Below, in pieces: positions 17,268 to 28,225 of a stretch of DNA of 42,754 nucleotides; positions within the stretch are counted from its first letter, which is position 1; each line of letters begins with the position of its first letter. Position numbers and translations under genes: made by a program. The notes beneath the pieces are model-generated. The model searched no databases and was not told the DNA's origin. It was given only the letters and a program-made list of their open reading frames with translations. Source of the DNA: Deltaproteobacteria bacterium (GTDB lineage: Bacteria; Desulfobacterota; GWC2-55-46; UBA9637); the NCBI GenBank assembly GCA_016200645.1, contig JACQEJ010000084.1, positions 1 to 42,754 on the forward strand, in the 5' to 3' direction.

Positions 17268-18527
17268 TTATGCTGATTCTGCCTTTTTCTCGTAAACCAT
17301 TATCGGATTTCCCTTGCCAAGTATCATATCTTCATTGACAAGACATTCCCTTATATTGGCCTGTGACGGCATCTCATACATCACATCCAGCATGGCGTTT
17401 TCAAGAATAGCCCTGAGCCCCCTGGCGCCTGTCTTCCTCTTCATTGCCTCCCTGGCGACAGCAACAAGGGCGCTGTCAGTAAATTTAAGTTTTACATTTT
17501 CAAATTCAAAAAGCTTCTGATACTGCTTGACCAGGGCATTTCGCGGCTCGGTAAGTATCTTTACAAGGGCATTCTCGTTCAGTTCATCCAGCACTGCCAC
17601 TACAGGCAGTCTTCCCACAAATTCAGGTATCAAGCCGTATTTTAACAGGTCCTCAGGCTGAATTTCACGCAAGAGTTCATTGACATTTCTTTCTATCCTG
17701 TTTTTTATATCAGCGGCAAAACCAAGGCCCTTCTTTCCTATCCTCTGCCGTATGATATTCTCCAATCCGGCAAAGGCCCCGCCGCATATAAAAAGGATAT
17801 TGGTCGTATCAACCTGAAGGAATTCCTGCTGGGGATGCTTCCTGCCGCCTTTGGGAGGGACATTTGCAATGGTGCCTTCAATTATCTTTAAGAGCGCCTG
17901 CTGAACGCCTTCACCGGAGACATCCCGTGTAATAGATGGGGTATCGGATTTTCTGGATATCTTGTCTATCTCGTCAATATAGACAATCCCCTTCTGGCAT
18001 TTATCTACCTCATAATTGGAATTCTGCAGAAGGCTTAATATTATATTCTCAACATCCTCGCCGACATAACCGGCCTCGGTCAGGGTTGTGGCATCGGCTA
18101 TGGTAAACGGGACATTCAACATCTTTGCAAGTGTCTGGGCGAGGAGCGTCTTGCCGGAACCTGTCGGGCCGAGCAGGAGTATATTGCTTTTCTGGAGCTC
18201 AACGCCGCCCATGTTGAACTTCTTCTCTTTGCTTTCAATCCTCTTGTAATGATTATGAACAGCGACAGAGAGTATCTTCTTTGCCTTTTCCTGTCCCACC
18301 ACATATTCATCCAGTATCTTCTTTATCTCCGCAGGCTTCGGAACCGACAGTTCCTTTGCGTGTAATATCTCCTCTTTTTCATATTCCTCGCCGATTATAT
18401 CATTGCAGAGTTCCACGCACCCGTCGCATATATACACCATCGGACCGGCAATCAGCTTTCTCACCTCAGCCTGGCTCTTGCCGCAGAATGAACAGGTCAG
18501 CGCATCATTTCGTTTTTTGTCTGCCAT
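17268..18527 (-). CDS. clpX: ATP-dependent Clp protease ATPase subunit
   Basis: CSFCGK zinc finger, [20 protein letters not shown] and LGF loop. Confidence 0.98.
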   Translation of the reverse strand: MADKKRNDALTCSFCGKSQAEVRKLIAGPMVYICDGCVELCNDIIGEEYEKEEILHAKELSVPKPAEIKKILDEYVVGQEKAKKILSVAVHNHYKRIESKEKKFNMGGVELQKSNILLLGPTGSGKTLLAQTLAKMLNVPFTIADATTLTEAGYVGEDVENIILSLLQNSNYEVDKCQKGIVYIDEIDKISRKSDTPSITRDVSGEGVQQALLKIIEGTIANVPPKGGRKHPQQEFLQVDTTNILFICGGAFAGLENIIRQRIGKKGLGFAADIKNRIERNVNELLREIQPEDLLKYGLIPEFVGRLPVVAVLDELNENALVKILTEPRNALVKQYQKLFEFENVKLKFTDSALVAVAREAMKRKTGARGLRAILENAMLDVMYEMPSQANIRECLVNEDMILGKGNPIMVYEKKAESA

Positions 18528-18546
18528 AAAACCCCCGCTTAAAGAA

Positions 18547-18625
18547 AGTAGATAGTAGACGGTAGACAGTAGATAGGAACTGCCTTGTTTTTCCCTGTCT
18601 ACTGTCTACTACATACTGTCTACTA
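18547..18625. repeat. Heptamer inverted array, family C
   Basis: (AGTAGAY)n arm and (CTGTCTA)n arm filling the clpP-clpX gap. Confidence 0.92.
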
Positions 18626-18632
18626 TTAGTTA

Positions 18633-19217
18633 TCACCTTCTCTTCTCTATTACTAAGTCAATTATACCATACTCTTTTGCCTGCTCGCCAGTCATAAAAA
18701 AATCTCTATCCGTATCCTTGCTTATCTTCTCCATCGGCTGTCCGGTATGTTTTGCAAGGATATGATTTAACTCTTCCCTGATCCTCAGGATTTCCTTGGC
18801 CTGAATGCCTATATCCGTTGCCTGTCCCTGCGCGCCCCCCAGCGGCTGATGTATCAAAATCCTGGAATGGGGAAGGGCAAACCTTTTTCCGACAGCGCCG
18901 CCTGCGAGAAGAAGCGCGCCCATGCTGGCAGCCTGGCCCATGCAGGTTGTTGAAACCACTGGTCTTACATACTGCATGGTATCATAGATGGCCAGTCCCG
19001 CGCTTACAACCCCGCCCGGTGAATTTATATAAAGGTGTATCTCCTTATCAGGGTCCTCCGATTCCAGAAAGAGCATCTGGGCGATCACCAGATTCGCCAC
19101 ATCATCGTCAATAGCCGTTCCAAGAAAGATTATCCTGTCCTTGAGCAGCCTGGAATAGATGTCAAATGCCCGTTCGCCGCGGCCTGTCTGTTCAACCACC
19201 ATGGGGATTAATGTCAT
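18633..19217 (-). CDS. clpP: Clp protease proteolytic subunit
   Basis: [30 protein letters not shown] and DRDF motifs. Confidence 0.98.
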   Translation of the reverse strand: MTLIPMVVEQTGRGERAFDIYSRLLKDRIIFLGTAIDDDVANLVIAQMLFLESEDPDKEIHLYINSPGGVVSAGLAIYDTMQYVRPVVSTTCMGQAASMGALLLAGGAVGKRFALPHSRILIHQPLGGAQGQATDIGIQAKEILRIREELNHILAKHTGQPMEKISKDTDRDFFMTGEQAKEYGIIDLVIEKRR

Positions 19218-19229
19218 TGTGCCTCCTTA

Positions 19230-19315
19230 AAATACAGGCTATGGGCAATGGGCTATAGGCTATGGGGTTTTCTCCTATTGCCTATTGCCTATCGCCTATC
19301 GCCTATAGCCTGTTT
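19230..19315. repeat. Heptamer inverted array, family B, empty copy
   Basis: Same 37-bp arm; the other arm supplies the tig stop codon. Confidence 0.95.
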
Positions 19316-20571
19316 TTTATTATAAAATCAAAAACCTTTTCTTCCAGCATCCCTGCCATCAGGGCGGCATCAGAACCTTGCTCTACAAACTGCCTCTTCA
19401 GCTCCTCAAACCTCTGATGGCGCTCTGCAGCCATTTCTTTTATTTTAGCATCTATCTCGTTGTCTGAAACAGTTATATTCTCCTGCCTTGCCACAGCATC
19501 CAGTATCATCTCTTCCTTAACCCTCATCTCCGCTATCCCGGAGTATTTCTCTTTTAATTTCTCAGGGGTCATTTCCGCCGCATCCTCCGGCTTAACCCTT
19601 ACCTTTCTCATATCTTCCATTGCCCGGGAAACAAATGATTGCAAATAGCTTGCCACAAGGGAAGGGGGCGTATCAAATGTATTCTTTTCAATAAGGCGCT
19701 CCACTATCTCTTTTTTAAGCCGTTCCTTTTCTGCCGCCTCTTTCTGTTTTATCAGGGCTTCTCGCACCTTATCCTTCAGCTGGGCAAGGTTGTCCAGCTT
19801 CAAATCCTTTGCAAATTCGTCATCCAGGGCAGGCAAAACCCTTTCTTTTACGGCCTTGACCTTTATCTTAAAGAGCGCCTCCTTGCCTGCAAGCCCTTTA
19901 TGCTTATAGTCCTCATGGAATCTTACCTTAACCTCTTTTTCATCGCCTTTACCCGCGCCCACAAGCGCATCCTCAAGGTCAGGGACAAGGGCATTTGTGC
20001 CTATCACCACAGGATATTCAGTCGCCTTTGCATTCTCCACAGGCTTGCCGTCTGAAAATCCCTCAAAATCTATGACAACCAAATCCTTCTCCCGGGCAGG
20101 TCGCTCCACCTCGCTGAAATGGGCATTCCCCTCCCTCAAGAGTTCCATAGCCTTTTCTATCTCATCATCATTAACCGTTGCCGCCTCTTTCTTAAGTTCC
20201 ATGCCAAGATAGCCTTCCACAGTGATGTCCGGCCTCACCTCAACCGTCGCGGTATAGGAAAAGGGCTTGCCATACTCTATTCCTTCCTTCACATCTATCT
20301 TGGGTCTTGCAACCGGAGAGAGATTTTTTTCCCTGACAACCTTTGGATATGAACCCTCAATAATTTTTGAAACAACCTCTCCCAGCGCATAGTCCTTATA
20401 GCGGCTTTCCAATATCGCCTTTGGCGCCTTTCCTTTTCTGAAACCGTCAATGGAAACCGTCGCCCCGAGTTCTCTGTAAACAGCATCCATCTCCGCGTTA
20501 ATATCCTCAGGCGGAATCTCTATAATGAGCCTCTTTTTTACAGGGCTCAAATCTTCGATTGATACCTTCAT
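19303..20571 (-). CDS. tig: Trigger factor
   Basis: GFRKGKAP ribosome-binding loop, FKBP-like domain; position before clpPX. Confidence 0.96.
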   Translation of the reverse strand: MKVSIEDLSPVKKRLIIEIPPEDINAEMDAVYRELGATVSIDGFRKGKAPKAILESRYKDYALGEVVSKIIEGSYPKVVREKNLSPVARPKIDVKEGIEYGKPFSYTATVEVRPDITVEGYLGMELKKEAATVNDDEIEKAMELLREGNAHFSEVERPAREKDLVVIDFEGFSDGKPVENAKATEYPVVIGTNALVPDLEDALVGAGKGDEKEVKVRFHEDYKHKGLAGKEALFKIKVKAVKERVLPALDDEFAKDLKLDNLAQLKDKVREALIKQKEAAEKERLKKEIVERLIEKNTFDTPPSLVASYLQSFVSRAMEDMRKVRVKPEDAAEMTPEKLKEKYSGIAEMRVKEEMILDAVARQENITVSDNEIDAKIKEMAAERHQRFEELKRQFVEQGSDAALMAGMLEEKVFDFIIKNRL

Positions 20572-20585
20572 TGTACCCCCTAAAT

Positions 20586-20640
20586 AAAGTCAAAAGTCAA
20601 AAGTGAAAAGTCAGAAGTAAAAAGCAAAAACTGCAAAACT
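20586..20640. repeat. Heptamer arm, family D (AAAGTCA), downstream of the four-helix gene
   Basis: AAAGTCA AAAGTCA AAAGTGA AAAGTCA GAAGTAA AAAGCAA; inverted relative to 21044-21084. Confidence 0.9.
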
Positions 20641-20653
20641 ATTATTACTAAAG

Positions 20654-21043
20654 TCATAAGCTCTTTTCTAATCTTGAAATAAAGGATGAAAGCATAGCTC
20701 TAACTTCCTGATACCCTTTTTCTATTGCCAGATGAATAGCTCCTTCTATATAACCCAACTCAAAACTCAAAAAAAGCCAATAATCTGTTTCTGTTGCTTC
20801 CCTTCTCTCAATGGTCAAAGAGTTCTGAAAAACCTTGCCCTTGTTTCCGCCATAACCTTCTGCAATATTGCCAGGAATTGCGGTGGAAGATCTTAACAGT
20901 TGTTTCTTTATTATTCTGGCCTCTTCAGTATTCGGAAATTTACTACAAGTTTTAATGACTGCCTTTGCCAATCCATGAGCCCTTTGCCAAACTATCAAAT
21001 CTCTATAATCCCTAATTTTCTTTTGACCACTATTTTTCTCCAT
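20654..21043 (-). CDS. Four-helix-bundle protein (23S rRNA IVP / Avd-like family)
   Basis: YRDLIVWQRA...QLLRSSTAIPGNIAEG...EATETDYWL...LGYI pattern; 129 aa. Confidence 0.9.
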   Translation of the reverse strand: MEKNSGQKKIRDYRDLIVWQRAHGLAKAVIKTCSKFPNTEEARIIKKQLLRSSTAIPGNIAEGYGGNKGKVFQNSLTIERREATETDYWLFLSFELGYIEGAIHLAIEKGYQEVRAMLSSFISRLEKSL

Positions 21044-21084
21044 ACTTTTGGCTTATGACTTTTGACTTCTGACTCCTGACTGTC
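21044..21084. repeat. Heptamer arm, family D (TGACTTT/TGACTTC/TGACTCC), upstream of the four-helix gene
   Basis: Abuts the ATG; starts 6 nt after the tRNA-Leu CCA. Confidence 0.9.
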
Positions 21085-21090
21085 TTATCT

Positions 21091-21173
21091 TGGTGCGAGA
21101 GGGGGGAATCGAACCCCCATGGTTGCCCACCAGATCCTAAGTCTGGCGCGTCTGCCAGTTCCGCCACCCTCGC
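21091..21173 (-). tRNA. tRNA-Leu(TAG)
   Basis: GCGAGGGTGGCGGAACTGG...CTTAGGA...variable arm...GTTCGAT...ACCA. Confidence 0.96.
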
Positions 21174-21176
21174 AAA

Positions 21177-21270
21177 AATACAGGCGATGGGCTATAGGAA
21201 AATATTTTTTGCCTTTTGTTTTGCCTATTGCCTATTGCCTATAACCTGTATTTTATTGCCTATTGCCTGC
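21177..21270. repeat. Heptamer inverted array, family B, degenerate, in the tRNA-Leu leader
   Basis: AATACAGGCGATGGGCTATAGG arm and (TTGCCTA)n arm. Confidence 0.85.
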
Positions 21271-21326
21271 TTTTTAGTGAAATTATTATAGGGGATTTTT
21301 TTACCCGTTGCAACGGAAAATTAAAC

Positions 21327-21361
21327 AAAAAAAAGGGCGGGTTAAAAACCCCGCCCTTTTT
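21327..21361 (-). terminator. Intrinsic terminator of the porin gene (possibly bidirectional)
   Basis: A8-GGGCGGG-loop-CCCGCCC-T5. Confidence 0.8.
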
Positions 21362-21365
21362 AAAA

Positions 21366-21423
21366 CTTCAAGGCTAACGCCTTGAGTTACATACAACTGT
21401 AGCTCAACCCTTTAGGGTTGAGG
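21366..21423. repeat. REP-like pair (GTAA/GTAG + palindrome)
   Basis: Minus-strand GTAACTCAAGGCGTTAGCCTTGA and plus-strand GTAGCTCAACCCTTTAGGGTTGAG; related copy at 39606-39649. Confidence 0.7.
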
Positions 21424-21428
21424 TGTTT

Positions 21429-22859
21429 TTAAAAGTCATACTGAACTTTTGCAAAGTACTCGCTGACTGTATCGCTTGTTGCAGTGGACGGCTTTGGCTT
21501 TACAGAAAGGATGCCGTCTCCTGGCATAAACCATGCCGCCTGGCCAACAAGTGCAAGTTCTTTATAGAGTTTGTAAACAGCGGTCACATCAACCTCTGTG
21601 CCCAGGGTCGCATCCCATTCCGTGCTGTCTTTCTTTGTCTCTGTCTGCTGGAATTGGGCAACAAGGCCGTTCAAGGTCAGATCATCCGTTGCCTTGTAAA
21701 TGCCGTAGAGCTGGGCAAAGGTGATATTGCCGAGGGTGCTGTTGTCAATGCTGTTTGCACTGCTGGTCTTAATGACTGCGCCGCCATTTGAAACATCGCC
21801 GCTGTCAAAGAATATGGCGGGCCGCACGCCAAGCTGAACGCCGTAAGCGCCTGCAACTCCGCTGAATGCAGTGCTGCTTTTATCCGTCTTGTTGTCGCCG
21901 GAACCATAACCAACGGCAACCCCGACAGTAGCAGGGCCAACAGGCATGCTCGCATCAGCGTCAAGGGCATAAGCGGCATAACTAAGGTCAGCGGCAGAAT
22001 CCGTTGACGCCAAACCGCAGGAGCCTGGCTGACATCCCTTGGTCTTTGTGCCGCCCTTATATGCTGCATGAACCTTTAGATTGACAGGCCCAAGCTGTTT
22101 TGCATCCACGCCTACGCCAAGCCACCAGGGGTTGTCTTCTCCCACAGTAGAAGTTACTGTTGATCTGTTTGCGTCATACACTAAATAGGCAGCGCCGGTC
22201 AGGGCGTCTGAAGGCATGAATACGCCCTCTACGATATAGAGGTCGTGGTCAAGGTCGCCCTGTGTTGTTGCACCTGTGTTTTGGCTTGGTGTTGCTCCGG
22301 TAGATGTCTCCGCAAGTTTTACATAACCGGCGGCAATTGCCAGTTGATCGGACGGCTTCATTGCAAATAAAAATGCATCGACCTGAGAAACGACAATCAG
22401 ACCGCCGTCCAGAAGCCCCCAATATACCTTGTCATCAGAGACCCTGAATGACTGGCCTCCATCCGGCGCATCGCCGAATACGGAACGGCCTGCCTTTACC
22501 CGGACAGGACCTGCATTGAATGAGAGATATGCCTGACGCACATTTATTCTGTTGTTCTGGTCAGTACTTGCTGCGCCGCTTCCCCACACATGGCTCCTGT
22601 TTGGCCCGCCTGTATTGCCCATCTCCAACTGCACAAAACCCCTTAACTGGTCTGATGCCTTGCTGTCAACATTGAGACGGAACCTTTGGTCAACCCAGGA
22701 GTTGTTATCTCCTGTCTTGCTATTGTAATCTGCCGCATTGTCCGTGCTGAATGCCCTTACCCTGTATGTGCCGTAGAATGTGGTATCTACTGCCATTGCA
22801 GGCAATACCCATGCGGCTGTTACTACAACCGCAAAAACTGCTGCGAGAATCTTCTTCAT
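21429..22859 (-). CDS. Outer-membrane beta-barrel porin
   Basis: Signal peptide ending AMA, amphipathic beta strands, C-terminal KVQYDF; AGGAGG SD. Confidence 0.85.
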   Translation of the reverse strand: MKKILAAVFAVVVTAAWVLPAMAVDTTFYGTYRVRAFSTDNAADYNSKTGDNNSWVDQRFRLNVDSKASDQLRGFVQLEMGNTGGPNRSHVWGSGAASTDQNNRINVRQAYLSFNAGPVRVKAGRSVFGDAPDGGQSFRVSDDKVYWGLLDGGLIVVSQVDAFLFAMKPSDQLAIAAGYVKLAETSTGATPSQNTGATTQGDLDHDLYIVEGVFMPSDALTGAAYLVYDANRSTVTSTVGEDNPWWLGVGVDAKQLGPVNLKVHAAYKGGTKTKGCQPGSCGLASTDSAADLSYAAYALDADASMPVGPATVGVAVGYGSGDNKTDKSSTAFSGVAGAYGVQLGVRPAIFFDSGDVSNGGAVIKTSSANSIDNSTLGNITFAQLYGIYKATDDLTLNGLVAQFQQTETKKDSTEWDATLGTEVDVTAVYKLYKELALVGQAAWFMPGDGILSVKPKPSTATSDTVSEYFAKVQYDF

Positions 22860-22957
22860 TTTCTCCTCCTTTTGTTTTTTAATAAGCAGGCAAATAAATT
22901 TGCCGTTTCTTCCCTATCAGCAATTCAACTTTTCTGTCCTATCACCTCCCTTTAGCC

Positions 22958-23022
22958 GTAGCGTCGGGGTTTATCCCGACGAATTCGTTGCCGCGCCCAG
23001 AGGGCGCCCGGGGCAACGCTAC
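22958..23022. repeat. REPIN-like doublet with a nested GC-rich mini-palindrome
   Basis: GTAG-CGTCGGGGTTTATCCCGACG and inverted GTAG-CGTTGCC..GGCAACG, the latter interrupted by CCGCGCCCAGAGGGCGCCCG. Confidence 0.7.
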
Positions 23023-23126
23023 TTTAAAGTAAGCTCATAAATAATAACTAACTATTAGGGCCGAATTGATTTTACCCCCTCTTTTACACCACAAAATAAA
23101 TTACTTGTCAAGTGTTTTTTTATTTT

Positions 23127-24101
23127 TTACACCACCCCCGCCTTCAACAGATCATGCAGATGGATAACGCCTGCAACCTTATCCCGATTTTTCACTTCGT
23201 AAACAAAAAGGGTGGTTATGGAATAATCCTCCATTATCTTGAGCGCAGCCTCTGCCAGCGCGCCTTTCTCTATCTTTTTCGGATTGCGAGTCATCACATC
23301 CTTAACGCTTTTATTTAAAATATCATTCCCTTTTTCCAGCGCCCTTCTCAAATCGCCGTCCGTTATCACGCCGACAAGGTGTTTGTTGTTATCCACCACT
23401 GCGGTAACGCCGAGCCTTTTTGCCGTTATCTCCAGAATTGCCTGTTTCATGGATGCGGCAGCCGTGATTATCGGAATATGTTTTCCGGTGTGCATGAGTT
23501 CGTCAACCTTCAGCAGTTTTTTACCGAGACTGCCCGCGGGATGGAGCAGGGCAAAGTCCTCCTCTTTAAAACCCTTTTCCTCCAGAAGCGCAACTGCCAG
23601 CGCATCGCCCATAGCCAGCGCAGCCGTGGTTGACGCGGTCGGCGCAAGCCCGAGCGGACACGCCTCTTTTTTCACGCCGATATCCAGCGCCACATCGCCT
23701 GCGCGCGCAAGGCTCGACTTCTTATCTCCGGTCATGGCGATAAGCTTTGCGCCCATCCTCTTGATGAGCGGGATGATCCGAATAATCTCCTCGGTCTCGC
23801 CGCTGTTGGAGACAGCAATAACGATGTCGTCTTTCATCAGCATACCCAAATCGCCGTGAACCCCTTCCGCAGGATGCAGGAAAAACGCGGGTGTGCCGGT
23901 GGAGGCAAAGGTGGCCGCAATCTTTTTGCAGATAAGCCCGCTCTTGCCCATGCCGGTTATAATCACCTTGCCGGTTGAATGCAAAATCAGGTCAATGGCC
24001 CTGGAGAAATTTGCGTCAAGCCTTAGGGCAAGACGGGTTATGGCCTCGGCCTCGATTTTCAAAACACGTTTTGCGGTTTGTATGGATTGGTTGGGTTTCA
24101 T
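23127..24101 (-). CDS. kdsD: Arabinose-5-phosphate isomerase (KpsF/GutQ family)
   Basis: GMGKSG, HGDLG, SNSGET, EACPLGLAPTAST and HPAGSLG motifs plus a CBS pair. Confidence 0.95.
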   Translation of the reverse strand: MKPNQSIQTAKRVLKIEAEAITRLALRLDANFSRAIDLILHSTGKVIITGMGKSGLICKKIAATFASTGTPAFFLHPAEGVHGDLGMLMKDDIVIAVSNSGETEEIIRIIPLIKRMGAKLIAMTGDKKSSLARAGDVALDIGVKKEACPLGLAPTASTTAALAMGDALAVALLEEKGFKEEDFALLHPAGSLGKKLLKVDELMHTGKHIPIITAAASMKQAILEITAKRLGVTAVVDNNKHLVGVITDGDLRRALEKGNDILNKSVKDVMTRNPKKIEKGALAEAALKIMEDYSITTLFVYEVKNRDKVAGVIHLHDLLKAGVV

Positions 24102-24108
24102 AATAAAA

Positions 24109-24252
24109 GGCTATAGGCTATTGGCGATAGGCTATGGCCATGAAATACAGGCTATGGGCAATGGGCTATAGGCTATGGGGTTTTCCTATTTCCTATTGCC
24201 TATCGCCTATTGCCTGCTTTTTGCCTATAGCCTGCCTTTATCGCCTATTGCT
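24109..24252. repeat. Heptamer array, family B, downstream of the four-helix gene
   Basis: Contains the 37-bp arm (24143-24179), a local inverted arm and the gene's stop codon. Confidence 0.95.
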
Positions 24253-24608
24253 CCTTGTCTTACTTTAATTAGTTTTCCAATCATTCTACCTAATTCATCA
24301 CAATACGCTTCAATTTTCTCATAAACTGGTTTTTCTAAATATCCTATTTCATAAGCTATCTGAGTTTGTGTTTTTAATTCAGCAAGAGAACCTTTAGCTA
24401 TATAGAAAAAACGAATAGACTCTTTATCTGTGTCACGTTCATCGCCTTCTGCCAAATTACTGGCAATACTTACCGCACTTCGTCTAATTTGGTCTCTTAA
24501 ACCGAAATCACGGCCAAAAATCCCGTCCCCAGATACTTTATAAATAAGAACAGCAATATCCTTAGCGTTTTGCCAAACTATCAAATCTTTAAAGCCTTTT
24601 TTGCCCAT
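24225..24608 (-). CDS. Four-helix-bundle protein (23S rRNA IVP / Avd-like family)
   Basis: FKDLIVWQ...DFGLRDQIRRSAVSIASNLAEG...IAKGSLAELKTQ...GYL pattern; visibly AT-richer than kdsA and kdsD. Confidence 0.93.
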   Translation of the reverse strand: MGKKGFKDLIVWQNAKDIAVLIYKVSGDGIFGRDFGLRDQIRRSAVSIASNLAEGDERDTDKESIRFFYIAKGSLAELKTQTQIAYEIGYLEKPVYEKIEAYCDELGRMIGKLIKVRQGAIGDKGRL

Positions 24609-24611
24609 AGC

Positions 24612-27185
<2,574 letters not shown>

Positions 27186-27204
<19 letters not shown>

Positions 27205-27920
27205 ATCCTTCTTACCCTTTCCAAATCCTCCATCGTGTCAACGCCGATGGAATTGTATCGTGTTTCCACCACTTTTATTTTATAACCGTTTTCCAAAACC
27301 CTCAACTGCTCCAGTTTTTCCGCCTCTTCCAACGGCGTCGGCTTCATTTGAGCAAATTTCAGGAGAAAATCTTTTCTGTAAACATAGAGACCGATATGCT
27401 TGTAATGAATATTTTTTCCCTGACCCTGTTCTCTCACATATGGTATTGGATAGCGTGAAAAATAAAGCGCAAAGCCGTTTTTATCCGTTACCACCTTCAC
27501 CACATTCGGGCTGTTAAGTTCCTCCGCATCCGATATCTTTGTTTTGAGCGTTGCCATGTAAACTTCTGAATCATCCACAAGCGGTTTCACCGCCTCATCT
27601 ATCATCTCAGGTTCAACGAGCGGCTCATCCCCCTGGACATTTACAACTACATCACACTTAATATTTGCCGCTGCCTCTGCAAGCCTGTCCGTGCCGGACT
27701 TATGAGATGCGGATGTCATAACCGCCGCGCCGCCGAATTTCTTTACCACATCAAAAATCCGTCGGTCATCAGTGGCCACGATTACATCATTTACCAGCCT
27801 CGCCTTTTTCGCCCTTTCGTATACATGCCGGACCATCGGCTTGCCTGCTATATCCAGAAGAGGCTTCCCTTCAAGACGGGTAGAGCCGTATCTTGCAGGA
27901 ATAATAGCAACAACATCCAT
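27186..27920 (-). CDS. kdsB: CMP-KDO synthetase
   Basis: [27 protein letters not shown] and LEQLR motifs; ATG at 27920 preferred over the TTG at 27929. Confidence 0.96.
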
Positions 27921-27991
27921 GGGAGTCAATATATCAAAAAAACAGCAGAAAAGTCTACAAGTCGTTAATGAGGGTCAAAACAACCATATCG

Positions 27992-28210
27992 TTTGTGTCA
28001 GCAAGAAAATTTTTATGGCAAAACACATTAGTACAGCACCATTAGGACGGCAGTGTGGATCAAAATTTCCCTGAGCCAAGACCCCACTGAACGTGCTGCA
28101 ATGAAGTCTCTGGAAACCTGCCTTGCAATGCAAAATACGAAGGCACTGGGGTCGGGGAAAGAAGCACTGCAAAATTTGTTTTGCCATAAAAATTTTCTTG
28201 CTGACACAAA
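27992..28210. mobile_element. 219-bp MITE-like element with 34-bp perfect terminal inverted repeats
   Basis: 27992-28025 is the exact reverse complement of 28177-28210; interior homologous to 12013-12226. Confidence 0.7.
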
Positions 28211-28225
28211 ATAATTGACATTACC

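Noticed and set aside
20654-24608. Diversity-generating retroelement suggested by the Avd-like proteins
   Set aside because: No reverse transcriptase and no TR/VR pair with adenine-specific differences in the window.
27975-28187. 70-aa ORF as a transposase remnant
   Set aside because: Lies within the TIR element, has no DDE or HUH motif, and is not clearly conserved as a protein in the sister copy.
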